Shown here: in pieces, positions 1 to 20,600 of the stretch | Layout of the letters: every line of letters starts with the position of its first letter | Position numbering within the stretch: the first letter of the stretch is position 1 | NCBI GenBank assembly: GCA_051294375.1 | Contig: CM119264.1 | Span: forward strand, 10,515,832 to 10,579,831 | Direction of reading: 5' to 3' | DNA: 64,000 nucleotides | From: Paraspadella gotoi | Taxonomy: Eukaryota; Animalia; Chaetognatha | Notes under the pieces: generated by a model | Database searches by the model: none | Told to the model about the DNA's origin: nothing | Seen by the model: only the letters and a program-made list of their open reading frames with translations | Position numbers and translations under genes: made by a program

Positions 1-8
1 TATATTAA

Positions 9-660
9 ATTTTACCTATTGGACGACCGAATCCGCTCATTTGTCGTCTTTTTGTCTTTGGAAAATTTTAGACATCTGTAGCGGCCAATGGGAATAGGAA
101 GAGCAAGGTTTTTTAATAAAATTAACGTCCTATGGAAGAGGACGAAAAAAATAGAAGGATTCGGATATCATAATTTTAGTAGCTATATAGATATTAGTTA
201 TTAGTTTATTATTATATAATTATTTTTACTTTCGCCGACCGGGGTTAGGGAGGGGTTAGCGTTAGGGGTGGTTTAAGGTTAAGGGTGGTTAGGGTTATAA
301 GGGTTTAGGGTAATTCGGTAATATTTTTAAAATTTTTTTTAAAAATAAGTATTTTTAAGTGGTTTTTCAAAAGCCGCCAAAACCGCGGTCGGCGAAAGTA
401 AAATTTAGTCATATAATTATATATTTAATTAAGGATTCATTTTTAAAACGTTGGTAATTATAGTAATTAAAAAAATTGTTTAAAATTAAATTTATGTTTA
501 AGTTTAGGTTAGGGGTTTATTTAGGGTTAGAAATAATTTTAGGGTTAGGGATAAGTTTAGGATTAAGGTTAAGTTTAGGGTCACTGGTAAGTTTAAGGTT
601 ATGGGTGAGTTTATGGCTAATGGTAAGTTTAAGGTTAGGAGTAAGTTGAAAGTTATATAA
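9..660. mobile_element. MITE-like element(s) with degenerate TTAGGG-like internal repeats
   Basis: 18-bp perfect inverted repeat TTTTACTTTCGCCGACCG (224-241 / 386-403) enclosing GGTTAGGG-like repeats; end motif TTTTACCTATTGGACGACC at 10-28; more TTAGGG/TTAAGG-like repeats at 500-660. Confidence 0.55.
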
Positions 661-1401
661 AAATTAAAGTTAAAGGTAAATTAATTAATAAATTTTTGAA
701 AATATTTTAAATTCGATTTTAAAAATAACAATATATATTTATATTATTTTGAAATAAAATATAAAATTTTTAATTATATTTTTAAATATTTATATAAAAA
801 ATATAAAATATATTTATTTATCCACGTATTATTTATGAAAATTTTCAAAATTATTTTTCACTTTTTTATTTTTTTATTTAATCTATATTATTTAATTATA
901 TATATTGCTCTTTTAAAAAAATTTTATCCATATTCGATATCATTGTTGTGACGTTCCTAATTATTCCTTTTGGTTAAAAAACGACCTTCGTTTTTTCTTT
1001 TCTTCTTTATTTTCCCCCAAGGCCACAGGAAATGTTTAAAATATACTAGCGCTTTCTTTTTTTTGCTAAGTTTAAATGATTTTGTTTAAAGATTTGGTAC
1101 AACTTAATATAAGAATTAAAAGAAATTCAAATTGAAAAAGTCAAACTCGGGAGATTTCTTTGGGGATTTACAACACCTGTTTTGTTACTTACTTGTTCAT
1201 ATGTGAACTTAGGTCAATTTTGATTATAATTCATTGAACCATTCGTCTTACCCAAGGTTATATAGTATAATTAATGTTTGAAAGGTTAATAAAGAACTAT
1301 TCTGATTTTTCTCAAACCCAAACCCAATTTAGTGAACTTCCACAACATGGCAACATAAACGTAGAAATCATAAAAACTGGTTCCTGCTAAGTTATATCAA
1401 A

Positions 1402-7943
<6,542 letters not shown>

Positions 7944-10150
7944 TTTTGTCCAGAGTTTACCAGTGATTTAACGCTATTGTTTTTTTCGTTTCGCAATGGA
8001 TTTTCACAAACAAAGATAGAACTGTGATCACTCTTCATCAATCATAGTGAATTAGAGCGCCTCGCAAACTGATTTCGGTCAGTGACGTTCACTGTATATT
8101 TTCCCTACGATGGTTTCTTAGTTTTCTTGCTTATTATACAATCGCTAAAGTGATCATTGTAAATCACTGTAACCCCTGAAATGGTACAATTTTTCTCTCT
8201 TTTTTTTCCCCCGTCTATGAAATTGGTAAAACCAATATATAAATTATCCATTCATTTAATAAATAAGCTATCTTGTCCCTGACTTATATAATTTTATTTC
8301 TTATTACCATGATGGAAAAAAAAACTCGCGGTAACTTTCCGGTTATTTTACGGCATTTTAATGTAAGAATCGAAAAATAAAATTTAGATATCAAGAAATT
8401 TTGGCCTCATGTGATTCATATGAGCTGTGTATCATTTATGTACAATAAAAAAAATAAAAGTTCTATGCAAAAAAAAATTAGTTTAAAAAAATATTTTTTT
8501 CTTTTATTTTTTTTATTCATATTATTGTTAATATTTTATCTCTGACATGATATTTTTTATCAGATTTGAAGCAAAAGATGTTCCATGGCAAACAGTAAAA
8601 AAGATTGGTCCCCTAAAAAGTAAACCAGGCTTGTATTGTTGCTGCATAATGTAATGATTTTATTTAAACAAAATCTTTATTTTTTATAAAAAAATTCTTA
8701 TTCTATGTATTGATCAAAGCATTTTAATCATATAGAATATATCGAAACAAAAATGATATTATTTTGATTTATAAAATATTTTTGCAAGTAGCATAATGTT
8801 ATTAATGCCGCAGTAACCGTTCAGTTTAAGCCCTTGAAAGTGATTTACATTTATTGGCGCAGCCACTGGTTTCTTATGGCTCCACTTGAGATCGAATACA
8901 AATTAACAAACAAGCCAAATAAATACTTTAATACTATTCACCGTTTTACCCGCCGAAAGATTGCTCGCTTCTGATAATGGCGTCATTTTCTCTGAAATTT
9001 CGCTGCAATATTTCTTTAGTCATTTCTGCAGCTTTAATTTAGAAATCTTGTTAGTCACTTGCTTTGCAGATGTACGTTTGATCTCCTATTAAGAGAAAAA
9101 AAATGTATATCATGTAGCATAAATTAACTTTAAATAGATTTATTCGTGCAGTATAATAGAAAATAGATTCATGGGATTTGAATGTTAGAAATATTTTTTC
9201 AAAATTATGTAAATTGTTTTAGATTTTGGGTGAGAAAATAAACCTGAAGTTTTTAAATTAAAAGTTTGTTTAGTAAACAGAGTAACTGGATTTAAATTGT
9301 TAAGTTTGCTTCTGTTAAATTTTCAATCGTGCCTTTTTTCACTGACGTTTCATGTTTTGTATATAATCTTTTTAAGTTTAGAATTTTTTAGACATCAGCT
9401 CATATTATTTTGGTTTGTTGTATCTTTGTAAATACAAAAACTCGCTCTATATTAATATTAATAGATATTCTTTCTTATTAAGCTAATTACTCTTAAATTT
9501 TTCACTCTTGACTACTAAGTTAATATGAAGAATTGTCTACTGCGGTGACGACTCATCTGCAATCATTAGCTATCTCGAATTTTTTTTCATTTCTTAATCC
9601 CCAACTTCTGCACAGGTTTTATCATTCTTACAGTGAAATACGGACCCCATTCTGTATTATGTAGTAGCTTTTTTTGGCAATGTGTCAATAATAACCCACT
9701 TCTCTTGTTTGGAGTGAACTTGAAAATGGGGTATTTTTCTGAATTTTGAAAGATTTTTTCTTTTTATTTAGTGATAGTTTTTTATTTGTTGTTATTCCTA
9801 TAACTTTGAATTTTTTAAAATTTATTGTAAAAGTACGATTTTTTTTAGAATTTGGGCAAGTTCGTACTACTGATTTCGTAGACATTAGCTTTTGTTTTTC
9901 GTCTCTTGCTCGAGACAGTTCTGTTTAATGCGGGATTTCTCCGCCCGCCGCGCCCTCGTCTATTTAAGGTCATGCAGGCGACTGCAATCGACCCGAAACG
10001 TTGCAAAACCTTTGCGATAAGTTACGGAATAGTGGTGGAAGAATTGACATAAATACGCAAATGAAAATTTATTCTTATTTATTTTTAATCTTTGGCATAT
10101 TTGAGATTTATAAAAGAATATTGATTTAAGAAAAGAATATTTTCTACCTT

Positions 10151-13100
10151 ATGGCTCCCTCCAATGAACGCGATACAGAAGAGGGTCGGAAATCGTCTTA
10201 TCGGAGATTTCCCTTTTCCTCCGTCGAAGATGATTTTCTATCAAAGCTCGAGCCTTTCGAGAGCGACGCGACCAAGCTCGGTTCTTCACTTTCCGCCGAT
10301 CTCGAACCTCGATTCGAGGAAGACGATTCGACGAAGTCGGACGTCCAAACCGAGTCGACCTTGGCTTGCTCCCATTGCCGAACCACGTTCGCCGATCGAG
10401 ACGAACAGGCAAATACCTGATGTTCTCTTCAATATTCTCCCATTATTAAGTAAATATCCCCTGGGTTTTAAAGCGCAGTTTTCTTAATAACCTAGGTGCG
10501 CCACTTTAAGCTGGACTGGCATCGCTACAACCTGAAGAGGACGCTGCTGAGGATTCCACCTTTGACGCAGCTCGAATTCGATGACGAAATTGACAGGCGT
10601 CAGGACGAAGGCGGGGAACTCAGTTCGATATCCGGTTCGGATGAGGAAGCAGATGAAACGGATGACACAAAGCGGCAGCAATTGTTAGAGGTCTGGAAGA
10701 AGCGTGGTATTTCCCACTTGTTCTAGGGCGGAGGAAATTACGGGGTGTATGAAGTTGAATTTCAAGTCTACCTTCATTTTCGATCTTAGTCAAATGGGTT
10801 TCTTTTTATATTTAAAAGATAATTTTGCCGTTTTGACATCTTTCCCCTTTTGATTTCAAGGATTTCGTCCGCTGCGGCGACGACATCGAAAACCCCGTCA
10901 TGGAAGACTTCATCGAAGACGAGTCGCCGGCCCGACCGCCAAAACCGAATCACCCCAAAATCTTTTTTCGCGCCGCGGACGGAGAGATCGCCTCCGTCTA
11001 TCGCGTCGCGCTGGGTCCAAAGAGCGACGCCGACTTTGACGCCGTCGACAGGGTCAAGCTGATCGTCGCCGCCGCCAAGGAGAAGCGCTGGGCCGTCGTC
11101 CTCACGGGCGGTGGACATTTCGCCGCCGCCCTCTTTCGTGGGAATGATGTAATACAGGTTCGAACCATGATCAGACACGCGATAAGAGGTTCGGATGGAA
11201 TTTTAATAATTTAGTCGGATCTGCTTATCAGCAGATCCCGACTGTATAATTCGGTCCGTCGGTTCGCCCCCTCAATATTGTCGGGCACTAACTTATATCA
11301 TGTCAGAATATCGAATTAAGTAAAAATAAAATTATGTCCGTCCGTCCGTCCGTCCCACCTTAGCAAAAAACACCAATTACTCGTGATTGGATGGATGGAT
11401 TTTAATGAAATTTTGTGTGTGGGTAGGGAAGTGTGTGATTGAGCTGGATATGAAGTTTCGATGGAATCGTCCGAGTGGAAATGAGTTTAAATGGAAAAAA
11501 CAAAAAAATATATTTAACTATTTGAACACCAATTGCTCATGAGTGGATGGGGCGATTGACCTGGAATTTTGTATGTTGGTAGGAAAGTGTGAGATTGAGC
11601 AGGAAATCAAGTTTCGATGGAATCGAATCGAGTGGAAATAAGTTTAAATGGAAAAAAACAAAAAACCTGTTTCACTAATTGATTATGCTTCTTTTTTCTT
11701 TTATATTAAATGATAATGCATGATGTATTAATAAATCAAATAATCAGTTAATTAATCAATTAGTCAATTAATTAATCAATATTTAATTAATCAGTCAATC
11801 AATCAAGTCAATCGTTATCGGCATTATTTTCATCGTCGTCATTGCTTTTGTCGTGGTTAGTGACGAAAAGACCTAAAAACGAACATTTGGGAGAAAATTA
11901 ATTAATTAATTAATTGTTTTATAATTAAATAATTCAAGTTAATTAATTAATTAATTAATTAATTACCGATAATGATCGTCGACAGATCCGACATAGTTTG
12001 CTCAAACTTGTTTTTTATGGTTTCTGATGCTCGTAGTAAATTTTTGCAAAAAAATATTTTCAATTCTCAGCACAAAACTTTCCATCGCTACGTTGTTCGC
12101 CAGAAGCAAGGCGGAGCGCAGAGCGGTAGGGACGCGACGGGAAACGCCCCTAAATCGGCAGGCGCTTCTCTAAGAAGATATAACGAGGCTGCTCTCGCCC
12201 GAGATATCCAAGTAAGTAAGCGAATTTGTTTTTTTTACGTCCCGGACTTACGGATTTGTTTGTGAAATCTATTCTTCTTGAAGGAGCTCTTCAACGACGC
12301 CTGGTCCACTGATCTTTCTTTTTGTGAAGCCGTCTTTTTCCGAGCGCCAAGCTTCAACCGTCAAATCCTTTTTTCCGGCAAGAACCCAGTTTTTTCGAAA
12401 GCGGATCCTCGTCTCCGCCCAATCCCTTTCGCCACGAAGCGGCCCACCTTTAACGAGGTTCAGCGCGTCTTTGCCGTTCTTTCCTCTTTTGAGATTTACG
12501 GCCGGCTCGACTCGGAAAAGGTCGTCTTCGGCGCCGGCGGAATGCCCAAGTCTCCACGGAGGCTGACGACGTCGAAAAAGAACTCGAATCGCGAACAGAC
12601 GGTGGATGAAAAGCCGGAGAAGGTAGAGAGTGAAGCGAAAGGTGATGATCAACAGCGACGACCGCGCGGGCAAAGAATGCAGGAAGCTCCAACAATGCCC
12701 GAACTGGTCGCTGGAGCGGAAGAAATGGAAGAAAATCTTGGCGTCTTGGTCGAAACACTAGAGGTCTATGACACTAATAACCTGAAAGAATTCGATTGCG
12801 ATTTGGGTCGCGGTTCGGATGGGAAGTACCTTCACAGTCACCCCAATGACCCGGGCGAGACGCGTCGAAGGAAAGAGGATAGAATCGTGTCCTCCATTTA
12901 TTCACGGTACAAGAACGACCTCGTCACTTTTACTCGGACGACCGACGAGGAAAACTTTGACAAAACTGTGGAGAAAATTAAAAGGTCGCTCGGCGACGAG
13001 GGCATCGTCGATGAAAACAACGGCCCTGCTCGTCTCCTTGCTCAAGTTTTGAATTCTCGGCTGAAAATCGGACCGACGCAAAAGTTTACGAGATTGTTGC

Positions 13101-13787
13101 ACTTGGCGGTTCAGGAAACCGGCGACGAGCACAAGCACTTTTTGCGACATCTGCTCGAATCTGGTTGCGATCCCGCGTTATTCAACAGTGATGGAAAACC
13201 AGTGTACCTTTCCACCGGTAGGTCGCAAGATGCTCGTGATTAATATTAAAGTCTATTTTTGACGATAATAGACATTTTTCATCCAAATATATTACCCTGG
13301 GCAATTAAAGTTTATGATTTTTTCGACGAACAACTTTTTTTTTTCTTCAGGTGACAAGGGAATCCGTCTCGTCCTTCGCGGCTTCCGAGGCGACTTCCCC
13401 GACAAATACGACTACGAAAAGGCTCAAATTCCGGCGCCTCTCTCCGCCGAAGACTCGGAGCGAAAAAACCAACGACAGGCGGAGCGAAGGAAAAAGATGA
13501 GAAGCGCCAAGAAAGAGCGGGACAAGGAAAGGAGGGAGGAAGCGAAGGTGACGGAGGAACGAGAGAGGGAAGAACGTGAAAAGGAAGAAGCCAAAAAAAA
13601 ATTTCTTCAGCTCTCCGACCGAGAAAAACGAGCTCTGGCGGCGGAAAAACGCTTCGCCGCTCAGTTGAATAGATGCTGGCAGTGCGGGGCCGACATGACC
13701 GGGAAAACTCCTTTCGAGTATATGGACTTCAAATTCTGCTCGACAAAGTGTTTGCAGGAACATCGCCGAAAAGACTCGGGATCGTGA
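10151..13787 (+). CDS. ANKZF1: ANKZF1/Vms1 ribosome quality-control tRNA endonuclease, ~753 aa, 6 exons
   Basis: Exons 10151-10408, 10496-10690, 10861-11157, 12071-12211, 12284-13217, 13351-13787 (2262 nt). N-terminal zinc finger CSHC...[12 protein letters not shown]; VLRF1 motifs GGHFAAALF and [18 protein letters not shown]...[11 protein letters not shown]; ankyrin-like LLHLAV...LLESGCDP; coiled coil; VIM-like [11 protein letters not shown]; C-terminal CWQC...CSTKCLQEH. Intron 1 is GC-AG. Confidence 0.93.
11212..12012 (+). mobile_element. HINE/DINE-1-like element, family A, in ANKZF1 intron 3
   Basis: 5' subTIR GTCGGATCTG with adjacent inverted copy; (GTCC)n at ~11336-11354; two ~155-bp tandem core repeats (~11370-11670); 3' subTIR CAGATCCGAC plus stem-loop AGTTTG-CT-CAAACT; T-rich flanks. 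Confidence 0.8.
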
Positions 13788-14094
13788 GCGAGAATGAATT
13801 TCCGTGATCTGGGTTTTTCGATCGAATCTTTTCTTGCGGAATCACGATTCACGATCGGCGTGAATGGAAATTCTTTGAGTCACGGTTGTCGACGAAGAAA
13901 AATTTAAATCTAGAGTTAACGTCATTGCGGTGATTAAACAATCTGTTGCTTTTGATAAATGATTATTTATTTTAAGATGATATAATAAAACAAACTAGCC
14001 TTTTGTAGGCACTCCTCACGTTATTTTTTTATATTCATTGTTGATTAAATATTTACAAAACAAGGTATTGACATTTGATCTCGAATGTGCCAAG

Positions 14095-14096
<2 letters not shown>

Positions 14097-14148
<52 letters not shown>
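14097..14148. repeat. (TC)n microsatellite between ANKZF1 and MICAL
   Basis: About 26 perfect TC units. Similar GA/TC and CTTT tracts at ~34451-34545, 39520-39780, 46060-46200, 55500-55590 and 57090-57650. Confidence 0.95.
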
Positions 14149-14151
<3 letters not shown>

Positions 14152-14681
14152 CATCTGCTTCTGTCTTGATCCTTAATCACTCCCTGATAACAACCAACCT
14201 TCCTTCCTGAACTTATTGCCTTATTATTTTGCCCGGAGTTTGGATCCGGGCGCGATCGAGCAACCTCGTCACTTTTTTGGCTCGACTTTTTTCTCAGGAG
14301 TGGATTATAACTGGATTCCGTTACAAAAACGAAATGTCTTTCCTCCTGCGACTCGTTTTGAGGAGACAGACTTTTTCGATTGTATCGAGACGACGACGTC
14401 GAACATGACCAAGTTAAAACCGAAAAAATGACTCACATTTTTTGAGGAAAAAAAACTGGAATGATCCCTGGACCGACGACAGCCCGGTTCGTCGAGTCCC
14501 GAAATTTATGTGTCAAATTTAAGCTTCCTCATTGAACGATTCCTTCGTGTGCCCCCTAAAAAGATTAAAATCATCACATCTAATATTGGTTAAAAACAAC
14601 CGCTATAGTGTGAAAGTCGCGATATTACCCAACCACTGAACAATGAGGAATTGATACGACAGTAGTGGGCAGAGGGGTGCC

Positions 14682-17600
14682 ATGGCCCGAAACATTCACC
14701 CTTCCATCCGCAACAGTGCCTTTAGGGCCCAGGCGCAAAAGGTCAACCCGAACGCCCATTTCAACGATCTCTTCGAACAGTTTGTTCAGGCAAGAAGCAT
14801 GCCTCAAAATGAGTAAGGAAAGGCTAATTATATAATAATTAAAAATAATTTTCTTAGGCATCGACTTTTCGAGCCATCCTTGGATCCTTCTACAAACTTT
14901 GCGACGCCTTAGAAATCAAGCCAGGGACTGAGTTCCGCGTCATTTACCCTCAGTTCAAAGTAAAACTCACCTCATGGAAGGCGCAGAGTCTTTGGACAAA
15001 GATCGACAAACGGGCACAGAATCGCGAGTACAAAAAGGGCCGAGCCTCTCCGAACACTCGTGTGTTCATAATTGGGTGCGGCCCGTGCGGCCTTCGCACG
15101 GCCATCGAGTCCGCTCTGCTCGGTGCAAAGACGGTCGTAATCGAGAAGCGCGACCGGTTCTCTCGTAATAACGTGCTTCACCTCTGGCCCTTCACCATCG
15201 TCGACCTAAAAAACTTGGGCGCCAAAATATTCTATGGAAAGTTCTGCGCCGGCTCAATCGACCACATCGCTATCCGCCAGCTGCAATGCATTCTGCTCAA
15301 GATCGCGCTTATCGTCGGAGTTCAGGTGCGCGAAAGTTGACCAAAAAACAACCGAATCTCAGAAAAATAGAGTTTATGGCAACTCGGAGACATGTGTGAT
15401 GCCCGGGGTGTGAGGCATCTCCCGACAACTGGCGCTCAGGACTTTGGACCTGCAGTGACCACCCCATGTCACTGGGGTATTTATGCCGACACCCTCACAC
15501 TTTAACCAGCGTCACCGTGAGGGGATTGAACCCGGTACTTAGCTGTCCAAGCCAATAAGACGAGCTGAGTTTCGCCCAGCTATACGGGAGGCGAATTTAG
15601 GATTCGCCACAAGTTAATCTTTTTTCGTCTTTTAAGGTTTACGAGAACGTCGAATTTTTGGATCTCGTGGAGCCAGGACTAAATCCTCCCAAAAACTCTC
15701 TCTCTTCCGGTTGGAGGGCAAAGGTGGGTCGGTTTTCAAATTAAACTGCCGCCTAATTTTTTTATTTTGCCCGTTGATTTGCTCTTTCCTAATCCGACTG
15801 GTCGTGAGCCAATTCGTAACGATTGCAATAGGTTTAAGTTTAAGTCATTATTATTCTTCGCCCACAGGTGAACCCCGCCGACCACCCAGTGACGCAATTC
15901 GCCTTCGACGTCATTATCGGCGCCGACGGGCGCCGGAACACCCTCGACGGCACCTACACCGGCGGGAACCCTTTTCCCCGCAAAGAGTTTCGCGGTAAAC
16001 TCGCCATCGCCATTACGGCCAACTTCATCAACTATAACACCCAGGAGGAGGCCAGAGTCGAAGAAATATCCGGAGTCGCTTTCATATTCAACCAAAAGTT
16101 TTTTCAAGTGAGTTTCCCTTCGTCATTTAGTGTTATGTTTTTCTCCCCTCTTTCATCGGATTGGTTTTTAACTGCTGCATTGCTTCCACTCTTCCCTGTT
16201 TTCCTACTTTCCGGCAAACTTGGTTTCTGTTTTTTTTTTCACTTTCATTCCCTCTCTCGATATTCTCACCGCCCTACCCCCCCCTTTCCCTGTCTTTTTC
16301 CCTCGCTTTAAAAATACCTCGTCTTAATTACCTAAGTCCCTTTAAAAGGAACCGACTTATCATTCCAAGTTTTCGTTTCACTTTTTTTTCTGTTAATTTA
16401 ACATAAAAAATATAAGAAAAAAATAATGAAGCAAATTGATAAGTCAGCCGGGAAAAAATATGAAAACTAAGTCAATGGAAGGAATAACGAAACGGGTTGC
16501 TGATTCAGCATTAACACGCCTACCATCAACAGATTATTTTTTGCCAAATGTGGGTTTTTTTTTGGGAGGGAGGAAAGGGCAAAATGTGTTTTCCTTTTTA
16601 TTATATCCCGAAAAGGTTAATTATTCTCCGATTTGTCTATTTTTAGGATTTAAAGGCCAAGACGGGGATCGATTTGGAGAATATAGTCTACTACAAAGAC
16701 GAAACCCACTATTTTGTGATGACGGCCAAGAAGCAGTCGCTCATTCAGAAAGGAGTCATCACCGACGACATTTCCGACACCGTCTCCCTGCTTTCGCGGG
16801 AGAACGTGAATCAGGCGAAGCTGTTAGAGTAAGCGTTGATTAATGAATATACATGTTAAATTGTTACATCCTATTTGCAAATTTATTTTTAAAAAAAGAC
16901 GAACTAAATCTGGCTAATTTATAAGAAGAAGAATAATAATAGAAATTAGTAGCACATATTATGATTTCGTGGATTGAATATGTAATTGTCAAGTAATTGA
17001 AATTACTGAACGCGAATTTTGTTATATTGTACTAGTTATTAATACCATGTTTTTATTTTAACTTCAAAATAATATTGCATTTGACTATTGATTTTCCTCA
17101 CCGACATCGTTTTTCTCCAGTTACGCCAAAGAGGCTGCCGACTTTTCAACGAATTATAAGATGCCTCGCCTTGAGTTCGCCCACAATCACTACGGCCAAC
17201 CGGATGTCGCCATGTTCGACTTCACCTCCATTTACGCCGCTGAAAACGCCTCATACGTCCTCGACCGCAACGGCCACAAGCTGCTCATGGGTTTGGTCGG
17301 GGACAGCCTGTTAGAACCTTTCTGGCCCACCGGTAAGACGCATATAAAAAAAATAGCTAACCTCGTCCCAAACGAATTTCGTACATTGATCCTTTCGTCG
17401 TCGCCAGGCTCTGGCTGCGCCCGCGGCTTTCTCGGTGCCTTCGACGCGGCATGGATGATTCGAAACTGGTCTTCCAACAACATGACTCCTCTGGAGGTTA
17501 TCGCTGAACGGGAAACCATCTACAAACTCTTGCCCCAAGTCACGCCCGAGAATCTGCACAAAAACCACAACCAGTATTCCATCGACCCGGATTCTCGGTA

Positions 17601-20600
17601 CCCGAACCTCAACAAAAAACAGTTCACCCCCGAACAAGTTCGACAGTGGTACAACGGTGGCGCCGGAGGAGCCAATCAGAATCTCATCGTGGAGACGAAT
17701 ACGTCGACGCTGAAAACTCCGTCAGGCCCGGATCGCCAGCCCTCCGTCGGAACAGCAGGTAATAAAAGAGGGCTTTCTGCTTTTAAATATTTCGTTTTCC
17801 TTTTTGCGGTCAACGCGATGTTTTTTTGTCTCTTTTTTAAACTTCAGGGATGCAAATGTCGAAGCTCATTCATTGGTGCAAAGACCAAGTCGATGGCTAC
17901 GGAGTTGAGGTTAAAGATATGTCCACTTCCTGGAAAACTGGTCTCGCATTGTGCGCAATCATTAACAGGTAGCTTCTTATTAAAATTTATTTAAAAAAAA
18001 AATAACGATAGGCTTTAGGCAATGGCTTTAATTTACTCTTCAGGTACCGCCCAGATCTTTTAGACTACGATCTGTTAAACCCCGACGAAGTAGAACAAAA
18101 CAACCAAATCGCCTTTGAAATTGCCGAGAAAGAGTTGGGTATCCCGCCAGAAATGAACGGTGCCGAGATGGCAAACTGTGACGTGCCAGATCGACTCACC
18201 GTTACGTCTTATCTTACTAAATTCTACGAGTTGCTCAAGGTTTCGTTTGTGGTCATATTTATTCGCGATCGATCTTCAATTTCTTCACCGCTTTTCCTCT
18301 CTCTATCCCCTCACACCATCTCCCGCATTAGAACGAGCCCGCTGTCGTCCGACGCGGCCAAGAGGACGAAGGGTCGCGGGCAAAGAAACCGCGCGGGCTG
18401 GAACCGCGTCTCGGTGATCAACGCGTCCCTGCCTCGCTGGCCAACCACGAATTTCTCGTTGGCACGCAACGACCTGACGTTTTCAAATCGCCGACCTCGA
18501 TGCCGACTTCCGGCTCGGCGCCGAAAGTCGGCAATGTAAAGCCACGGGTGTCCATCCTTAAGAGCTTCACCGACAGCATCACCAAGAAGAAGAAAAACGC
18601 GGAACTGACGAGTGAGGCCGAGAATGAAGCCACGCAAGGTAAGACTTGGCTTGGCAAGCGACGGGGGGTCAGTATCTAAAATTGATACGTTATGGCAACC
18701 GCCGGGTTGCCTGTGATGCCCATTGGGAAGGGGCATCTCACTGTTGGCTTTGGGGTCTTCCGACCCTCAGTGACTCCTCCTGTCACTGGCGGGGTTACCC
18801 TAGGACGGTCTCGCTTTGCAAAGGCAGATAGACTGTGGATGGACCGCAAAGCTTGGGATGGTGCGTTCCCCCTCTGAGCCAATGGGATAGGCTGAATGAA
18901 GCGGGTTGTGAGGCGGTATGATTATACCGCCACAACGTCAATATTCATTTGTTTTCAAGGAATGGAAGATACAAACTCGGAAGACATTTGCGGTAATAAA
19001 TTGAAAGAAGCGGATATTCGAATGGATTCGAGAGGCAAGTCAAAGGTTTCGTCTTTGGCGGCCAATTTGCAAAAGCAGTTCGATCGTCAGCAGGTATTTA
19101 AATGATTGCGTCTTTATCTTTGTGCATTCCAAGCCCCTCTCATTTTATTCTCTTCGCGCCAAGGGACGGATGGATCAAGCTCCTGATTTGCCTGCCAAGC
19201 GTGTCACAGGTCGTCCCCCGACTGGCAAGCCTCCTGTGGGACCCTCGCAGGGAAGCGGAACCGAAGTCTGTTACTTTTGCAACACTCGTGTCTACGTCAT
19301 GGAAAGATTGAGTGCTGAGGGATTGTTTTTCCACCGTGGATGTCTACGGTGCGATTACTGTAATACTTTGCTGCGACTTGGTACGTTCGTCACTCTACGG
19401 ACCGAATTACTTGCTTCAACCTGTTATAATAGCTTCTTCATATTTCTTACAGGCAACTACGCCTTCGAGCGTGATCCCTTGACGGGACGCGGCCATTTTT
19501 ATTGCGTACAACACATGGGCATGAAGAAGCAACACCTGACACGCAAACGCAGCATTACGAATACCTTGGGCCTTAGAGATCAACCCGCTCCCATCATAAC
19601 CGTGACGCGAGAAAGAATCAGCGTCGGCGCTCAATCGCCGCTCGGGTCACCGACGAGCGAGTACCTGCCCAGCAGTCCCAATGGGTTCGGCTCGCCTTCC
19701 AGGACCATGAGTCCGACGTCGGAGCTGCTTAGGTATCAAGACCGCGGACTATTGCTACAAAAATATAATTTTTATATACTCGTTTGTCGATTTCAAGTTT
19801 TTTTCATCGATACTATTCTCATTGATTATATTCGCGATCCATATAATTATATTCTTGTTACCCTTAGTCCGACGGCTAAACCTCGGGGTTCTCCTGAACG
19901 AGCCTCGTTTTCGACGCCGGAACGTATCGAGTTTTCTTACTCGACGACGACGGGGGAGGAGGAGGAGGAAGAGGACACCTGCGCTCACAACCTTCACGCA
20001 TCTCTTGAGAGAGGACTCGACTCCAAGATGGAGGATGACGAAGAGGAAGCCGAGGACGAAGAGGAGGATGACGAAGAAGAAAGTTCCGAGGAGGAATCTT
20101 CCTCGGAGGAAGAGACTTCGTCGGAAGACGATGAGGATGAAGCTTCTGACGAGGAAGACGACGAGGAAGACGAAGAGGAAGCCGTGGCCGAGGAAGACGA
20201 AGAGGAAGCCGTGGCCGAGGAAGACGAAGACGTATTCGACGAGGAAAGTTCGAAAGTGGAGACGTGCACGGACTCAGCAATGGATGTCGCGAAGCCATGC
20301 CTTTCGCAAATATCTCAGGAAATCAACGCCGACGAGGGCGACTCGCCGTCGAAGGCTGCTCCCGAAGCTGGTCTTCGAGAGTCCTCACCGGCGTCGACGG
20401 CGCCCGAAAAAACGAACGATGCCGAAAGCATTAGCAGCAGCAGCACGGAAAGCAGCTTCACGATATCCACGCCCTCCAAAAAGCCTTCACTCGAGTCCTC
20501 GACTTCCTCTGGTAAAGTTATTTTAATTTTCGTTAACTATTTTTAGTGAGGTCAATTCCACGATGCACCCACTCTCTAAATCTTGTTCAATACCTCTTTT

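Noticed and set aside
8221-8285. Conserved element shared with ~53128-53191
   Set aside because: Most simply the end of an interspersed repeat; nothing supports a regulatory role.
8580-9975. Possible minus-strand gene head-to-head with ANKZF1 (exon-like EIKRTSAKQ...FGG at ~9085-8950; ATGs at 9973 and 9885)
   Set aside because: No continuous frame could be joined and no domain was recognised; needs transcript data.
18690-18937. Intronic H/ACA snoRNA on the + strand (ACA near the 3' end)
   Set aside because: No convincing H box, and dispersed copies share a tail with a minus-strand SINE.
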